Positions 30,827 through 41,290 are shown, numbered from the stretch's first letter. The stretch is 64,000 nucleotides of DNA from an uncultured delta proteobacterium (GCA_963778655.1 CAVZVA010000009.1:608001-672000), one strand, 5' to 3'. The notes: generated by a model from the sequence alone, not told the origin. Numbers and translations are program-made.

Positions 30827-30960
30827 CAACCCATGGTCTCGTCGCCGGGTCGATCGCCGGCACAGCGAGCGGCCAGCCGCCGTTCAGCGTTCGAGCGCTG
30901 TGATGCGGACTCGATTAGGTCGGTTGGGTGATGCCGGACCCCGCTCTGTTCTGAGCTGAG

Positions 30961-32130
30961 TCACAGCGCCGTGAGCTCGGCGGCGAGGGTGTGGAGGCCG
31001 ACGGCTTCGACGCCGGCGCTCAAACTGTAGCGATCGTCGCCGGAGTAGACGACGAAGCGGCGGGCGGGCTTGAGGTCGTCGCAGGCGAGGTGGAAGCCCT
31101 TCTCGATCTTCGGCGCGAGGCCGCGCTTGATCTCGACGGCCCAGCGTCTGCGCTTGGGCAGGTCGAGCACGAGATCAATCTCCGCGCCGGCGGCCGTCCG
31201 GTAGAAGCTCGCGGCGGTGCGCTCGGGTGCGGCGGCGAGCAGGTTCTCAATCACGAAGCCTTCCCAGCTTGCGCCCACTACGGGGTGCCCGGCGAGCTCG
31301 TCGGCGTCCTCGAGCCCGAGCAGCGCGTGCACGAGGCCGCTGTCGCGCACGAAGACCTTCGGCGACTTCACCAGGCGCTTGCCGGTGTTGGCGTGGAACG
31401 GCGGCAGGCGGCGCACCAGGAGCAGATCGGCCAGGAGATCGATGTAGCGCGTGACCGTCGGCGCGCTGACCGACAGCGCGGACGCGAGGCGCGAGACGTT
31501 GAGCAGCGTGGCCTGGTTGTGCGCGAGCATCGTCCAGAGCCGCTCGAGCGTCTCCGCCGGGATGCGCGGGCCGAACTGCGGCACGTCGCGCTCCAGGTAG
31601 GTGCGGATGAAGTCCTTGCGGATCGCCAGGCTCTCGGCGTCGGTGCGGGCGAGGTAGCTATCCGGGAAGCCCCCGCGCAGCCAGAGGGTCGCAAGCTCGG
31701 TGCTGTCGGCCGCCGCCTCGAGCACGTCCAGCGGCCCCAGCTCGACGTAGGCGATCCGGCCGGCCAGGCTCTCGCCCGACTGGCGCAGCAGGTCGATCGA
31801 CGCCGAGCCCAGGACGAGAAAGCGCCCGGTGCGCCGCCCTCGCCTGCGCCCCTGGTCGATGAGGCCGCGCAGCGCCTGGAAAAGCTCCGGCATGCGGTGG
31901 ATTTCGTCGAGGATGACCAGGCGGTCTTCGTGGGCACGCAGGAACAGCGCCGGGTCGCTGAGCTTGGCGCGGTCTTCCCGCGCCTCGAGGTCGAGGTAGA
32001 GCGCCTCCGTGCCCTCGGCGACGGCGAGCGCCAGGGTCGTCTTGCCGACCTGGCGCGGCCCGAGCAGGGCCACGGCGGCCTGGCGCTCCAGGGCCGCCCG
32101 TACCTCAGGGAGGGCCCGGCGCGGTATCAT
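30961..32130 (-). CDS. AAA_14 ATPase with DUF4143 domain
   Basis: GPRQVGKTT, VILDEI, ESLAGR, RGGFP, KSPKVFVRDSG, EIDL..AVEIK. Confidence 0.92.
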   Translation of the reverse strand: MIPRRALPEVRAALERQAAVALLGPRQVGKTTLALAVAEGTEALYLDLEAREDRAKLSDPALFLRAHEDRLVILDEIHRMPELFQALRGLIDQGRRRGRRTGRFLVLGSASIDLLRQSGESLAGRIAYVELGPLDVLEAAADSTELATLWLRGGFPDSYLARTDAESLAIRKDFIRTYLERDVPQFGPRIPAETLERLWTMLAHNQATLLNVSRLASALSVSAPTVTRYIDLLADLLLVRRLPPFHANTGKRLVKSPKVFVRDSGLVHALLGLEDADELAGHPVVGASWEGFVIENLLAAAPERTAASFYRTAAGAEIDLVLDLPKRRRWAVEIKRGLAPKIEKGFHLACDDLKPARRFVVYSGDDRYSLSAGVEAVGLHTLAAELTAL

Positions 32131-32188
32131 CCTTGCATATTGAACACTTCGAATTCAATTTGCAAGGACTATCACGGGCTGGTGGGGG

Positions 32189-33445
32189 GTATCTACTCGC
32201 CGCTCCGCACCCCCCGCGTTTTCGCAGGCCCGCGGCGCGCAGCCGAGGCGCCGGCCGCTGCTCGGGCAGGCTCGGCGCCCCCGGCTGCGCGGCTGCGCGT
32301 CGCGGCTCAGCTGTTGTGGGCGGCCTTCCATGCCTTGGGCATGAGCGCGGGGACTTCGTGCTGCTCGATGCCGCGCGCGAGCCTGGGCAGCACGTCGCCG
32401 AGGTAGGCGATCGGATTGACGTCACACAGGTCGCAGCTGGCCAAGATCGAGAACGCGATCGCGGCGCGCTCGCCACCGGCGTGCGAGCCGGCAAAGAGAA
32501 ACCCGCGGCGCGCGATCGCCGGCCTGCGATGCAAGCGCTCGACGAGCGTGTTGTCGATGGGCAGCGCGCCGTCATCGAGGAAGCGACCGAGCGCGATGTG
32601 GTGGTTCAGCATGTAGCCGATCGCCTGAGCGATCGGTGTCTTGGGTGGCTCGTGCGGGCGATAGGTCCGGCACCACGCGAGCAGCTCGTCGTAGATCGGC
32701 CGCGAGCGCGCGCGGCGTAGCGCCGTGCGCTCATCGACGCCCAACGCTTGGCCAAGCTCTTCGATCTCATAGAGCCGCTTGAATGCCGCCAGCGGCAGCG
32801 CCGCGCGTGTATCACCGGCGTCGAGCGCTTCGACGAAGCCGCGGCGCGCGTGCGCGTTGCACCCGACCTCGATCAGCTCTGGCCGCTGAAAGCTCTTGTC
32901 GAACAGCCCCGCGGCGTCGGCCACGGTAGGCCCGGCGCGCATGCGCAGAAAGTCCTCGGGGCCCAGCTCGCCGATGCGCTGGCCGTTCTTCTTCGCGGTC
33001 GAGGTGTAGAGGTATGCCGCGACCTCGCCGTCGCCGACGTACGCGTGCAGCGTGCCGATCCGCACGCCGTAGCCGTGCTCCTTGTCCCGCACCGGGATGC
33101 TCGTGCCGTCGAGCTGCATGACCGTGGCGGCGAGCGCCTGGCTCTGCGCGTGGTCCCACAGCGGGCGCAGCAGGTCCGTTGCCCAGCACACTTGGTCCGA
33201 GCACGAGGCGCTCGGCATGTCGAGCCCGAGCCACGCCAGCTCCTGCCGTTGGCGGTTCAGCGGCATCCCGTGGTGGTACTTGTCGACCAGCAGCTTGGCC
33301 ACCAGCGCAGAGCCATAGATGCCGCCGGCGACGACCTTGTCGCCCAGAGGCGCCCGCACCAGCTCCCCTTCGCACTGCTCGCACGCGAGCTTCTCCCGAC
33401 GGTCGAGGCGCACCACCACCTCGGCCGGGATGAGGTCGACCGCTC
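32189..33445 (-). mobile_element. IS66-family element, 5'-truncated TnpC (CDS ends at 32307)
   Basis: CEQC finger, DKY..GMPLNRQ, QLDGT, GCNAHARRGF, PIDNTLVER, LMPKAW. Possible terminal IR starting GTA at 32189. Confidence 0.85.
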
Positions 33446-33569
33446 GCAGCCCACGCCGTGCGGTAGCGCCGCGAGGAGGCGTCGTCATGGCGAGAGCGAG
33501 GTGCGTCACTTTCGCCGATCGCGCCGCCGCTGCGAAGGCTGCGGTCGGGCGAGTGGGTACCCGACAAGC

Positions 33570-33715
33570 GAAGGCGGCGGATGGTGTTGGTCACTCCGGC
33601 GGGCCCGTTCTCGACCCAGTAGACGTAGCTCGAGTCAAAGCTGAACCCGGGTGCGAAGCTCGCTGTGTTGGCGCCGAGCTTATACTGGTACCCGCCGTTG
33701 ACCGACACGGATCCT
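33570..33715 (-). pseudogene. Beta-propeller-like gene fragment
   Basis: SVSVNGG...FSFDSSYVYWVE...IRRL with no credible start. Confidence 0.4.
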
Positions 33716-34309
33716 GCTGCACTGGGGCAACGGGGGCACGGACAGCTGCATCCCCCCGGAAGTCAGCACCACGTCTGGAACGTCACAGCCAGCACTGTTG
33801 GTGTGCACAAACACCGAATAGTGGGGCCCAAGTGCACGGCGATGTCGTTGTGCACCCCGCTCCACAGCGGGTAGACCTGACAGGGACGGCACCAGCGTGC
33901 CTGTTGGGCGACGTCGCCTTCGAAGCGATCGATCGGTTCGCTCAGCTTCCGATTGCAGCCCCTCTCACACGGCCGCAGCGCGACGCGGCCATCCAGATTT
34001 GGCGAGCTGCACACTTTGGCACGCGCGAAGGCGCATGGAGCTTGTCGAGCACGGACTGTGCCAGACGCTCCCGGAAGCTTTTACGATCACGACGCGCTCT
34101 GCACCTGTGCGAACCTCAAAACAAACTCAATTCGCTCATCCCAGACTCCTGTCCCCTCGACGCGTGCACTGACGTGTTCGGAATGCGACTGCCGACGTGC
34201 ACCTGTTCGAGCGCTGGCAACGGCAGCGACCCGCTCTCATGCGACCGCATCGCTTCTGCGCCGCTCCAGGTGACGAACCACAGCATGTCATTGGACTCGA
34301 CACCACAGG

Positions 34310-36132
34310 TGTCATGGTGAAGCACGCGCGTTCATCGGCGCGCAGGTTGAAGCCAGTGTCGAAAGCCTCTGTACGGAGATGAATCCGCCTCGTGCGGGAA
34401 TGCAGCGCGATCTGGACCGCTTGTTTCGTGCGGTCTGGAGCGCCCGGGCTCACGCCCGGCGCGTCGTGCGTCTGGTCCCGAATCGACGCCGACCAGAGCT
34501 GCCAGGGGTAAAGCTGGCCACCTACAGCACCACGGGTTCTCCTCGTGAACGCGGGAACCGCCATCCGAGCGCCAGAGGTCGCGTCTCTGGCAAGCCGCCA
34601 AGCCCGGCGATGTTTCGGAGGCGGGACGGAGCCGTCGTAGCGCAACCGCGGACGGCGCACCGCGGGTCACGGTGAGGCAAGTGCTGCGCTCGGGGGTCGA
34701 GCCATTCTTGCAGCAGGTCCGCGTGGACCTGCGCGCTGGCGTGTTTCGACCAAGCCCGGTTCGCCGGGTGCTCATTCCGAAAGCGGGCAAACCCGGGAAG
34801 TTCCGCCCTCTGGGGATCCCCACCGTGCAAGACAGGGTCGTTCAGGCCGCAGTGAAGAACATCATGGGGCCCATCTTCGAGGCGGACTTCTACCCCACCT
34901 CGTATGGCTTTCGACCTGCCAAGTCCGTTCACGGGGCCATTGCGCATCTCAAAATGCTGATGCTCCCGAGACCAGACCGACGCGCAAAGAAGCCCGATGT
35001 GCTCCCGTACCAGTGGGCGATTGAAGGCGATATCAAGGGTTGCTTCGACAACATCGGCCATCACGGTCTGATGCAGCGGGTTCGACGACGTGTCACGGAC
35101 ACGAAGCTCAACCGGCTCGTCCTGGCATTCCTGAAAGCGGGGATCCTCTCGGAGGCGCGGTTTGTGCGCTCTCCGAGCGGCACACCGCAAGGAGGGATTC
35201 TTTCTCCCCTACTCGCCAACATCGCGCTGAGCACCATCGACGAGCGGTACGAACGCCATGCTTGGCCACGTGGGCTCGCCACCCGGCGCTCTCACGTGGG
35301 TCGACCGAGCAAAGCGCTCACCGAGCCCGACGACATTGCCCAGCGCGCGCTCGTCAATCGCGCCAACGACAGGCGGCGCGGTTTTCCGGTCTTGATGCCG
35401 ATTCGGTACGCCGATGACTTCATCATCTTGGTCAGCGAACCCGCCGGCGCCCCCGCTGGCGGGCAACTCGCGAACCAAGAGAAGGCCGCCTTGGCGGGTG
35501 TGCTCGAGCGCGAGCTCGACCTCACGCTCTCCGAGGAAAAGACGCTCGTCACGCCGGTGACGAGCACGATGGCGTTCCTGGGCCACCACGTGCGCGTACG
35601 ACGCCACCCGAGCTCCGGGCGACTCGTAGCCCACGCGGTGATCCCCAAGGATCGCTCGAAGCGGTTGAGGCTGTCCATCAAGGCGATCTTCTCGAGGGCA
35701 ACCACGAGAAGTACGCTCCAGCAACGGCTGACGCTGCTGAATCCCGTGATCAGAGGCTGGACCAACTTCTACCGACATGCCTGGGGAGCGAAGCGAGTCC
35801 TGCGCTTCACCGACCACTATGTCTGGTGGGCCATCCACCGATGGCTTCGCAAGAAGCACCCACAGACTCCGATGCGGCAGCTCTACAGGCGATACGGGTG
35901 GCGCAAGCCCCGCGGACGCATGCTCAGATGGCGCGATGGGGCGACCCGTCCTTTCATCATGGCAAGCGTTCGGGTCCGGCCCTACCGGTTCGCTTGGCAG
36001 ACGACCCCCGACTTTGCGTCAACATCTGCGGAGAGCCCGGTGCGTAACGAAAGGCGCACGCCGGGTTCGGTGAGGGGCACGCGCAAACCTGCTCGGGGTC
36101 GACCCGAGTAAGGCGCCGCGTGCCCACTCTAC
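34310..36132 (+). mobile_element. Group II intron (degenerate; 5' boundary uncertain)
   Basis: RT ORF followed by domain V (GAGAGCCCGGTGCGTAACGAAAGGCGCACGCCGGGTTCGG) and a domain VI stem ending ...CACTCTAC at 36132. Upstream structured RNA ends in GGAGCCGTCGTAG. Confidence 0.88.
34672..36111 (+). CDS. ltrA: Group II intron reverse transcriptase/maturase, N-terminally truncated, no endonuclease domain
   Basis: RPLGIPTVQDRVVQ, SYGFRP, DIKGCFDNI, GTPQGGILSPLLANI, RYADD, FLG, LNPVIRGWTNFY. Confidence 0.9.
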   Translation: MRQVLRSGVEPFLQQVRVDLRAGVFRPSPVRRVLIPKAGKPGKFRPLGIPTVQDRVVQAAVKNIMGPIFEADFYPTSYGFRPAKSVHGAIAHLKMLMLPRPDRRAKKPDVLPYQWAIEGDIKGCFDNIGHHGLMQRVRRRVTDTKLNRLVLAFLKAGILSEARFVRSPSGTPQGGILSPLLANIALSTIDERYERHAWPRGLATRRSHVGRPSKALTEPDDIAQRALVNRANDRRRGFPVLMPIRYADDFIILVSEPAGAPAGGQLANQEKAALAGVLERELDLTLSEEKTLVTPVTSTMAFLGHHVRVRRHPSSGRLVAHAVIPKDRSKRLRLSIKAIFSRATTRSTLQQRLTLLNPVIRGWTNFYRHAWGAKRVLRFTDHYVWWAIHRWLRKKHPQTPMRQLYRRYGWRKPRGRMLRWRDGATRPFIMASVRVRPYRFAWQTTPDFASTSAESPVRNERRTPGSVRGTRKPARGRPE

Positions 36133-36244
36133 AGAGCCTACCTTCCCCCGGCGGCAGGCCGCGATCCCGTCGGCGGACGCCGGGCGTCAGCGCCGCTTCC
36201 AAGAACACGCTGCCCGAGAGAACGCGCTGCCGAGAAAACGCGCG

Positions 36245-36324
36245 GGGCAGATGATCGATGATCGGGAGGGTCGTCCTTCTCGCACCGCCAGCCGGGAGTT
36301 ATCGATGTATCGAGGACCGTCCCC
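36245..36324 (+). repeat. Composite repeat: GCAGATGATC ... GTTATCGATGTATCGAGGACCGTCCCC
   Basis: 27-mer at 36298-36324 is identical to 46265-46291 and 46350-46376. Confidence 0.75.
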
Positions 36325-36391
36325 GTCATGCGCGCGCGTGGAGCGCGAGCAGCCTGACCCGTGGGTCGCGGCTGCGGGCACTGATCTCTTC

Positions 36392-37633
36392 GTGAGCAGG
36401 TCGTCAGGCCGGGCGGGTGGACACCCCCTGCGAGTGTGGATCGCCGGGTGCGGGTGGCTCGTGGTGATCGCGACGGGATGCGGTGCGGGCTCCGCAGGCT
36501 CGGAAGCAACCGTGGGCCTACCCTGGTGCTCGCCTGGCCAGGCGAGCGACTGCCTCTGCACGGACGGCACGACACCGGGGCTTGCAGGCTGCGCTCCGTC
36601 CGGGGCCGGCGCGAACGGCAATGTGACCACGGGCGGCGGCATGGGAAACGCCGGCGCGGCGCCGGTGATGATGACAATGACGCCGCCGGGCGGCAGCGCG
36701 GGTGGCATGGCCCCGATGTGGGACGCCGGCATACCCGACGCGGGGAGCGGCGCCGCGGGCGCGGGCCCGACGGGGACGGGCGGAGCCATGGCGGGCATGG
36801 GCGGAGCGGGCCAGGGCGGCAGCGGCGGGACGGGGATGGCTGGCGACGCCGGCACAAGCGACGCCGGAAGCGGCGGCATGGGTGCCACCGACTGCGGTCA
36901 GGGCGGCATGATAGGCACGGCGAGCAATGCCGGCGGCAGCCAGGGCCGCGGCTACGCAAGCGTCCAGTTCACGCTATCCGCGGGCAACCAGATCTCGAGC
37001 CTGCGCACGACCTTGGAAACGCCGGTCAAGGCCAACGGCAACAGCACGCTGTTCGTGTGGCCGGGACTCGAGCCGCTGCAGGGCCAAAACTACGCCCCGA
37101 TCGGGACCGGCGTGTTGCAGCCGGTGCTGACCTGGGGCGGCTCGTGCGCGCCTGGCTCACCGCAGGTCGGAAGCGTCACCAACTGGTGGATCTCCGCGCA
37201 GTACGTCAACACGCTCGGCTCCGACCCCGACTACCAGGGCTGCAAGGGCGGGTCGGTCATGAACGTGGGATTCGGCGATCCCTTGCTGATCGAGATGAGC
37301 CTGAGCGGCACGGTCTGGAGCCAGGTCGTCACCGATCAGGTGAACGGGAAGTCGGTGGACTTCGACATCGACATGATGAGCCAGCCCCAGCGCTGGGCCC
37401 TGTTCGAGATCGAGATGCCGACCTCGACCCGGCCCGCGTCGGACGTCGTATTCACGAATACGGTGCTGACCTTCGCCACTCCGGAGCCGAACGCCTGCCA
37501 GCCCTCGTCACGCGGGACGAACGACTATTTCTCGGCGCCCGTCGCCTCGAGCGACGGCTTGCGGTGCTGCGTGTCGCGCCTGGTGTTGCGCGCGCAGGGC
37601 GTGGCGGCCACGACCCAAGATCCGCCGCCCTGA
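36392..37633 (+). CDS. Lipoprotein with Gly/Met-rich linker and beta-sandwich (G1-peptidase/ConA-like) domain
   Basis: IATGC lipobox, LFVWPGLE...VLQPVLTWG...WWISAQY. Start uncertain. Confidence 0.7.
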   Translation: MSRSSGRAGGHPLRVWIAGCGWLVVIATGCGAGSAGSEATVGLPWCSPGQASDCLCTDGTTPGLAGCAPSGAGANGNVTTGGGMGNAGAAPVMMTMTPPGGSAGGMAPMWDAGIPDAGSGAAGAGPTGTGGAMAGMGGAGQGGSGGTGMAGDAGTSDAGSGGMGATDCGQGGMIGTASNAGGSQGRGYASVQFTLSAGNQISSLRTTLETPVKANGNSTLFVWPGLEPLQGQNYAPIGTGVLQPVLTWGGSCAPGSPQVGSVTNWWISAQYVNTLGSDPDYQGCKGGSVMNVGFGDPLLIEMSLSGTVWSQVVTDQVNGKSVDFDIDMMSQPQRWALFEIEMPTSTRPASDVVFTNTVLTFATPEPNACQPSSRGTNDYFSAPVASSDGLRCCVSRLVLRAQGVAATTQDPPP

Positions 37634-37675
37634 GCTCGCGCCGCGAGCGCGATGAGAGGGGACGGATTTCACCGG

Positions 37676-37785
37676 GCTGGCAGATGATCGATCCTGGCCC
37701 CCGTATCGGCCGCTCTCTGTCGCGGTTGCGGTGGAAGGGGTCGGGAACGCGCTGGCAGATGATCGGCCAGATGATCGGCAATGGC
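37676..37785 (+). repeat. GCAGATGATC element, three copies
   Basis: Copies at 37676, 37751 and 37768. The 19-mer AACGCGCTGGCAGATGATC is identical to 18852. Confidence 0.7.
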
Positions 37786-38045
37786 AGTCGGCGTCGATTC
37801 GGCATTTGTTTGCACCCTCGCAGTGGTTGCCGCCGGCACTGGAGGCGCTGTCGCGACAAACGCACAGCTCGTCATCGGAGCACTCCGAGTCGTCGGAGCA
37901 TCCGTCGTAGGAGCAGAAATTCAGCGGACCGAAGGTCGGCCGTGCCGCCCGGTCGACGCAGCGGCCGTTGTCGCCGGCGGTGCAATCCCAGTCGCTGCGA
38001 CACTCGAGGCCCGCGTCGAGGTCGACGCCGAGGCTATTGCGTCGG
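37785..38045 (-). pseudogene. Cys-rich coding fragment absent from the ORF track (no start codon)
   Basis: Reads ECRSDWDCTAGDNGRC...CSYDGCSDDSEC...CVC...CRIDADC, then runs into the repeat. Confidence 0.65.
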
Positions 38046-38567
38046 AAACCTCACGCGTAGGTCCGGGCAATCGCCGGCCAGGCCAAGCTTGGGCGACACG
38101 TACACGGTCCACTGGAGAGCACTGCGTCCGAGGAACACATGCACGCCAAGGCTCAGCGATGCGGTGGGAAGCCAATGCTCGCGGCAGTCGCCGCCCCAAG
38201 TCCACGGTACCCCGAGCCACCCCCCCACGAGCGGACTGCCCGTGCCGTGCTCGTCGACGGCGAAGCCCCCGGTCGCGCCGATGCTCAGGAAGAGGTCCGG
38301 ATAGCCCGGGGACGATTGCTGATAGCGGAGCGGTGCCGTCAGCGAGGGCTCGCCGGCCGCGTAGAGCTCCAGCACGGGCGCCCCCAATGGGCGGACCTCG
38401 CCGCCGAGCGTAGCGTTCAACACGCCCGCACCGGCACCGCCCTCCCAACCGAGGGCCACGCCTTCGCCCGCTGTGTAGCCCAGAATCGGCCCGGTCTGCG
38501 CATGTAGGCAGCCCGACGCGCTGGACGCGCAGACCACCGGTACGATCAGAGCCAATGAGATCCTCAT
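38034..38567 (-). CDS. Hypothetical lipoprotein
   Basis: MRISLALIVPVV...ASGC, followed by alternating beta-strand pattern. Confidence 0.6.
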   Translation of the reverse strand: MRISLALIVPVVCASSASGCLHAQTGPILGYTAGEGVALGWEGGAGAGVLNATLGGEVRPLGAPVLELYAAGEPSLTAPLRYQQSSPGYPDLFLSIGATGGFAVDEHGTGSPLVGGWLGVPWTWGGDCREHWLPTASLSLGVHVFLGRSALQWTVYVSPKLGLAGDCPDLRVRFPTQ

Positions 38568-38682
38568 CGATGCACGCCGTAGAAATGCTTTCACGGGTCG
38601 GCCGGCTCGCACTTGCTGCCATGGTATTTCTCATGCCCGCTTCGGTGCTAGTCTGGCGACCCGTTCGCCTGGAGGAAACGCA

Positions 38683-39672
38683 ATGCACGCCGCCGCCTAT
38701 GCCAAGCCCGGTCCCCCCGAGGTGCTCGTGTACCAGGAGCTACCCGACCCGGTGTGCGGCCCGCGCGACGTGGTCATCGACGTCCACGCCGTCAGCATAG
38801 AGGGCGGCGACGTGCTGGCCCGGGCCGGGGGCGTGGTGCGCCCCGACGGCAAGCCCCACGTGGGCGGCTACCTCGCCGCCGGCGTGATCACCGAGGTCGG
38901 CGCCGAGGTGCAGGACCGTCACGTCGGGCAGCGCGTCGCCACCTCGTCCAACGCCGGCTCTCACGCCTCGAAGCGCGCCGTACGCGCCAGCGTCGCCTGG
39001 CCCGTGCCCGACGGCCTGGACCTGACCCGGGCAGCGTGCATTCCCGTCCCGTTCGGGACCGCCGACGACTGCCTGTTCGAGTTCGGGCGTTTGCGAGCCG
39101 GCGAGTCGGTGCTGGTTCACGCCGGCGCAAGCGGCGTGGGTCTCGCCGCGATCCAACTCGCCAAGCGCGCGGGCGCGACCGTGCTCGCGACCGCCTCGTC
39201 GGACGAGAAGCTGCAGCGGTTGAAGGAGTACGGCCTCGATCACGGCATCAACTACACGCGTGGCAGCTTCGTCAAGGAAGCCAAGGAGCTGACCGGCGGC
39301 GGCCCGAACCTCGTCGTCGACTCGGTCGGCGGCAAGAACCTGGAGCGCAGCATGCACTGCGCCGCCTACCGCGGCCGCATCGTGAGCATGGGCAGCGCCG
39401 GCCGCGACTCCCACACTCCTTCACTCGCGGGCCTGATGGGCCAGAACAAGACCCTGATCAGCTACTACCAGGGCGCAGAGCTTTCTTCGCCGAGCCAGCG
39501 CGATCGCGCCCGCGCCAACGTCCAGCGCCTGATCGGCCTGGTCGCCGAGGGCCAGCTCCAGGTCGTCATCGACCGTACCTACAAGCTCTCCGAGGCCGCA
39601 AAGGCCCACGCCTACATCGAGAGCCGCAAGCAGTTCGGTCGCGTCGTGCTGATCCCCGACGAGCGCGTCTGA
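38683..39672 (+). CDS. NADPH:quinone oxidoreductase (MDR family)
   Basis: VLVHAGASGVGLAAIQLAK, AHAYIESRKQFGRVVL. Confidence 0.92.
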   Translation: MHAAAYAKPGPPEVLVYQELPDPVCGPRDVVIDVHAVSIEGGDVLARAGGVVRPDGKPHVGGYLAAGVITEVGAEVQDRHVGQRVATSSNAGSHASKRAVRASVAWPVPDGLDLTRAACIPVPFGTADDCLFEFGRLRAGESVLVHAGASGVGLAAIQLAKRAGATVLATASSDEKLQRLKEYGLDHGINYTRGSFVKEAKELTGGGPNLVVDSVGGKNLERSMHCAAYRGRIVSMGSAGRDSHTPSLAGLMGQNKTLISYYQGAELSSPSQRDRARANVQRLIGLVAEGQLQVVIDRTYKLSEAAKAHAYIESRKQFGRVVLIPDERV

Positions 39673-39887
39673 GCAGCGCCACGCGTTCGGCGAGTAGACG
39701 CGATCAGCCCTCGACGAATCTCCAGCTGTGACAAGCGGGTCGCCGCGACGTGCTCGGGCTCGATGGCGCAGCACTCGCGCACGAACGCATCGGTCTCGTT
39801 CACGAGCGCCTTGCCCTCGGGCCGAGAGCGTGCATGATGCCAGCGGCGCTTGGGCGCGGTGTCCGGCGCGCCACAGGAGGCGGTTCG

Positions 39888-40178
39888 ATGATCACGGTGA
39901 TCGCGCGGATGAAGGCGAAAGAAGGACATGAAGACGAGCTGGTGTCGGTTCTGCGCGAGCTCGCGGTGCTGGTTCGCGCGCAGGAGCCGGGCTGCGCGCT
40001 GTATCAGCTCGCGAAAGCGCAGGCGCCGCGCGAGTACGTGATGCTGGAGCGCTATGCGGACCAGCAAGCGCTCGCCGCGCACTCCCAGAGCGCATACTTC
40101 AAGGCCGCCATGCCGAGCCTGGGTGCAGCGCTCGAGGGCCGCGCCGCGATCGAGGTGCTGACCGAGCTCGACGCCTGA
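39888..40178 (+). CDS. ABM-family (putative quinol) monooxygenase
   Basis: AGGAGG RBS, EPGCALYQL, ERY.D..AL.AH. Confidence 0.88.
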   Translation: MITVIARMKAKEGHEDELVSVLRELAVLVRAQEPGCALYQLAKAQAPREYVMLERYADQQALAAHSQSAYFKAAMPSLGAALEGRAAIEVLTELDA

Positions 40179-40304
40179 GCCTGGGATGGAATAGTTGGCT
40201 TCGGCGGCGAGTATCCTCACTCGCACCGCCCGGCACCGCGCCAAGCGCCACCGCTCTACACCGTTGAGCATGCAGTCGGCTCGCTGTTGGAGCGGCGGCG
40301 GTGA

Positions 40305-41129
40305 GTGTTGTCGTCCTTGCGCCGAAGGCCTGTGAAGTTTCTCTCTCCGCATGGCGCTTTTGTCGAAGTCTCTGTCGGAGATAGCGCGATCTGCGGGCGT
40401 CATACCGACGGGACCGTCACGTGCTGGGCCACTCCGCGAGGGCCTTGCCCTCGGCCCACCGACTGCGGCGCAACGAGCCCCACGGGAAGGCTCTTTGCGC
40501 AGGTCTCGTCGGGTTGGAGGCACAACTGCGGGATCCTCCAAGACGGAACGATCTCGTGCTGGGGCAACAACAACTGCGGTCAATTGAGAGCTCCACGCGG
40601 CCGTTTCGAGAGGGTCGCGGCGGGCTACGATGCCAGCTGCGCGATCCGGCGAAGCGGTGACGTCGTCTGTTGGGGCGGCAGAGCCGATCGCTCCATCCCG
40701 CCGAGCGACGGCGAAGCCCCAAAGCCCAAGCAGCCGTCGCCGAGAGACGCGTTCGTCGAAACGTCGACCGGCGGTTATGCCGCTTGCGGGCGGCGTGCCG
40801 ACGGGACCGTCAAGTGCTGGCCCATTCACCAGGCCGAGCACGACCCTAGCTGCTCACGGCTGGCAGATTGCGGAGCGGTCAGCCCGAAGGGGAAGAAGTT
40901 CACTCACATTGCGACTGGCCTCAAGCACAGCTGCGGCCTGATTGAGAGCGGGGAAATCTACTGTTGGGGCAACAACGATCACGGCCAGCTGAACGCACCT
41001 GCCGGCCCCTTCGCGCTGGTCACCTCAGCTGGTAATCGCAACTGCGCCCGCAGGTCGACAGGCGAGGTGGTTTGTTGGGGAGAGGGCACTGGACAGGACA
41101 AAGCACCTGCCCGAACGCATGAGCACTAA
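40305..41129 (+). CDS. RCC1-repeat protein (probably N-terminally damaged)
   Basis: Repeats of VSSG.RHNCG...G.ISCWGNN..GQL. Confidence 0.8.
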   Translation: MLSSLRRRPVKFLSPHGAFVEVSVGDSAICGRHTDGTVTCWATPRGPCPRPTDCGATSPTGRLFAQVSSGWRHNCGILQDGTISCWGNNNCGQLRAPRGRFERVAAGYDASCAIRRSGDVVCWGGRADRSIPPSDGEAPKPKQPSPRDAFVETSTGGYAACGRRADGTVKCWPIHQAEHDPSCSRLADCGAVSPKGKKFTHIATGLKHSCGLIESGEIYCWGNNDHGQLNAPAGPFALVTSAGNRNCARRSTGEVVCWGEGTGQDKAPARTHEH

Positions 41130-41159
41130 CGGTCTGCGTGCGCCCCCGACCAGGGGTAG

Positions 41160-41290
41160 TGAACCGCCTCGGATCGGCCGGAAGAGACGCCGATCTTCCC
41201 CCGCTTTCATTGACACTCGCACTATGCCGCTTCGGCTTTGGACTTCAGCTGCAATTCGAACTCGATCGGACTGACGTACCCAAGGGATGC
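41160..41290 (-). mobile_element. IS3-family 3' remnant with two stacked terminal IRs
   Basis: SLGYVSPIEFELQLKSKAEAA*, then TGTCAATGAAAGCGGGGGAAGATC, then ...CCGAGGCGGTTCA (IS6110/IS51-like end). Confidence 0.7.

Noticed and set aside
34672..36111. Retron, DGR or defence RT
   Set aside because: Group II RT motifs, an X domain and canonical DV/DVI follow. No TR/VR pair or msr-msd was seen.
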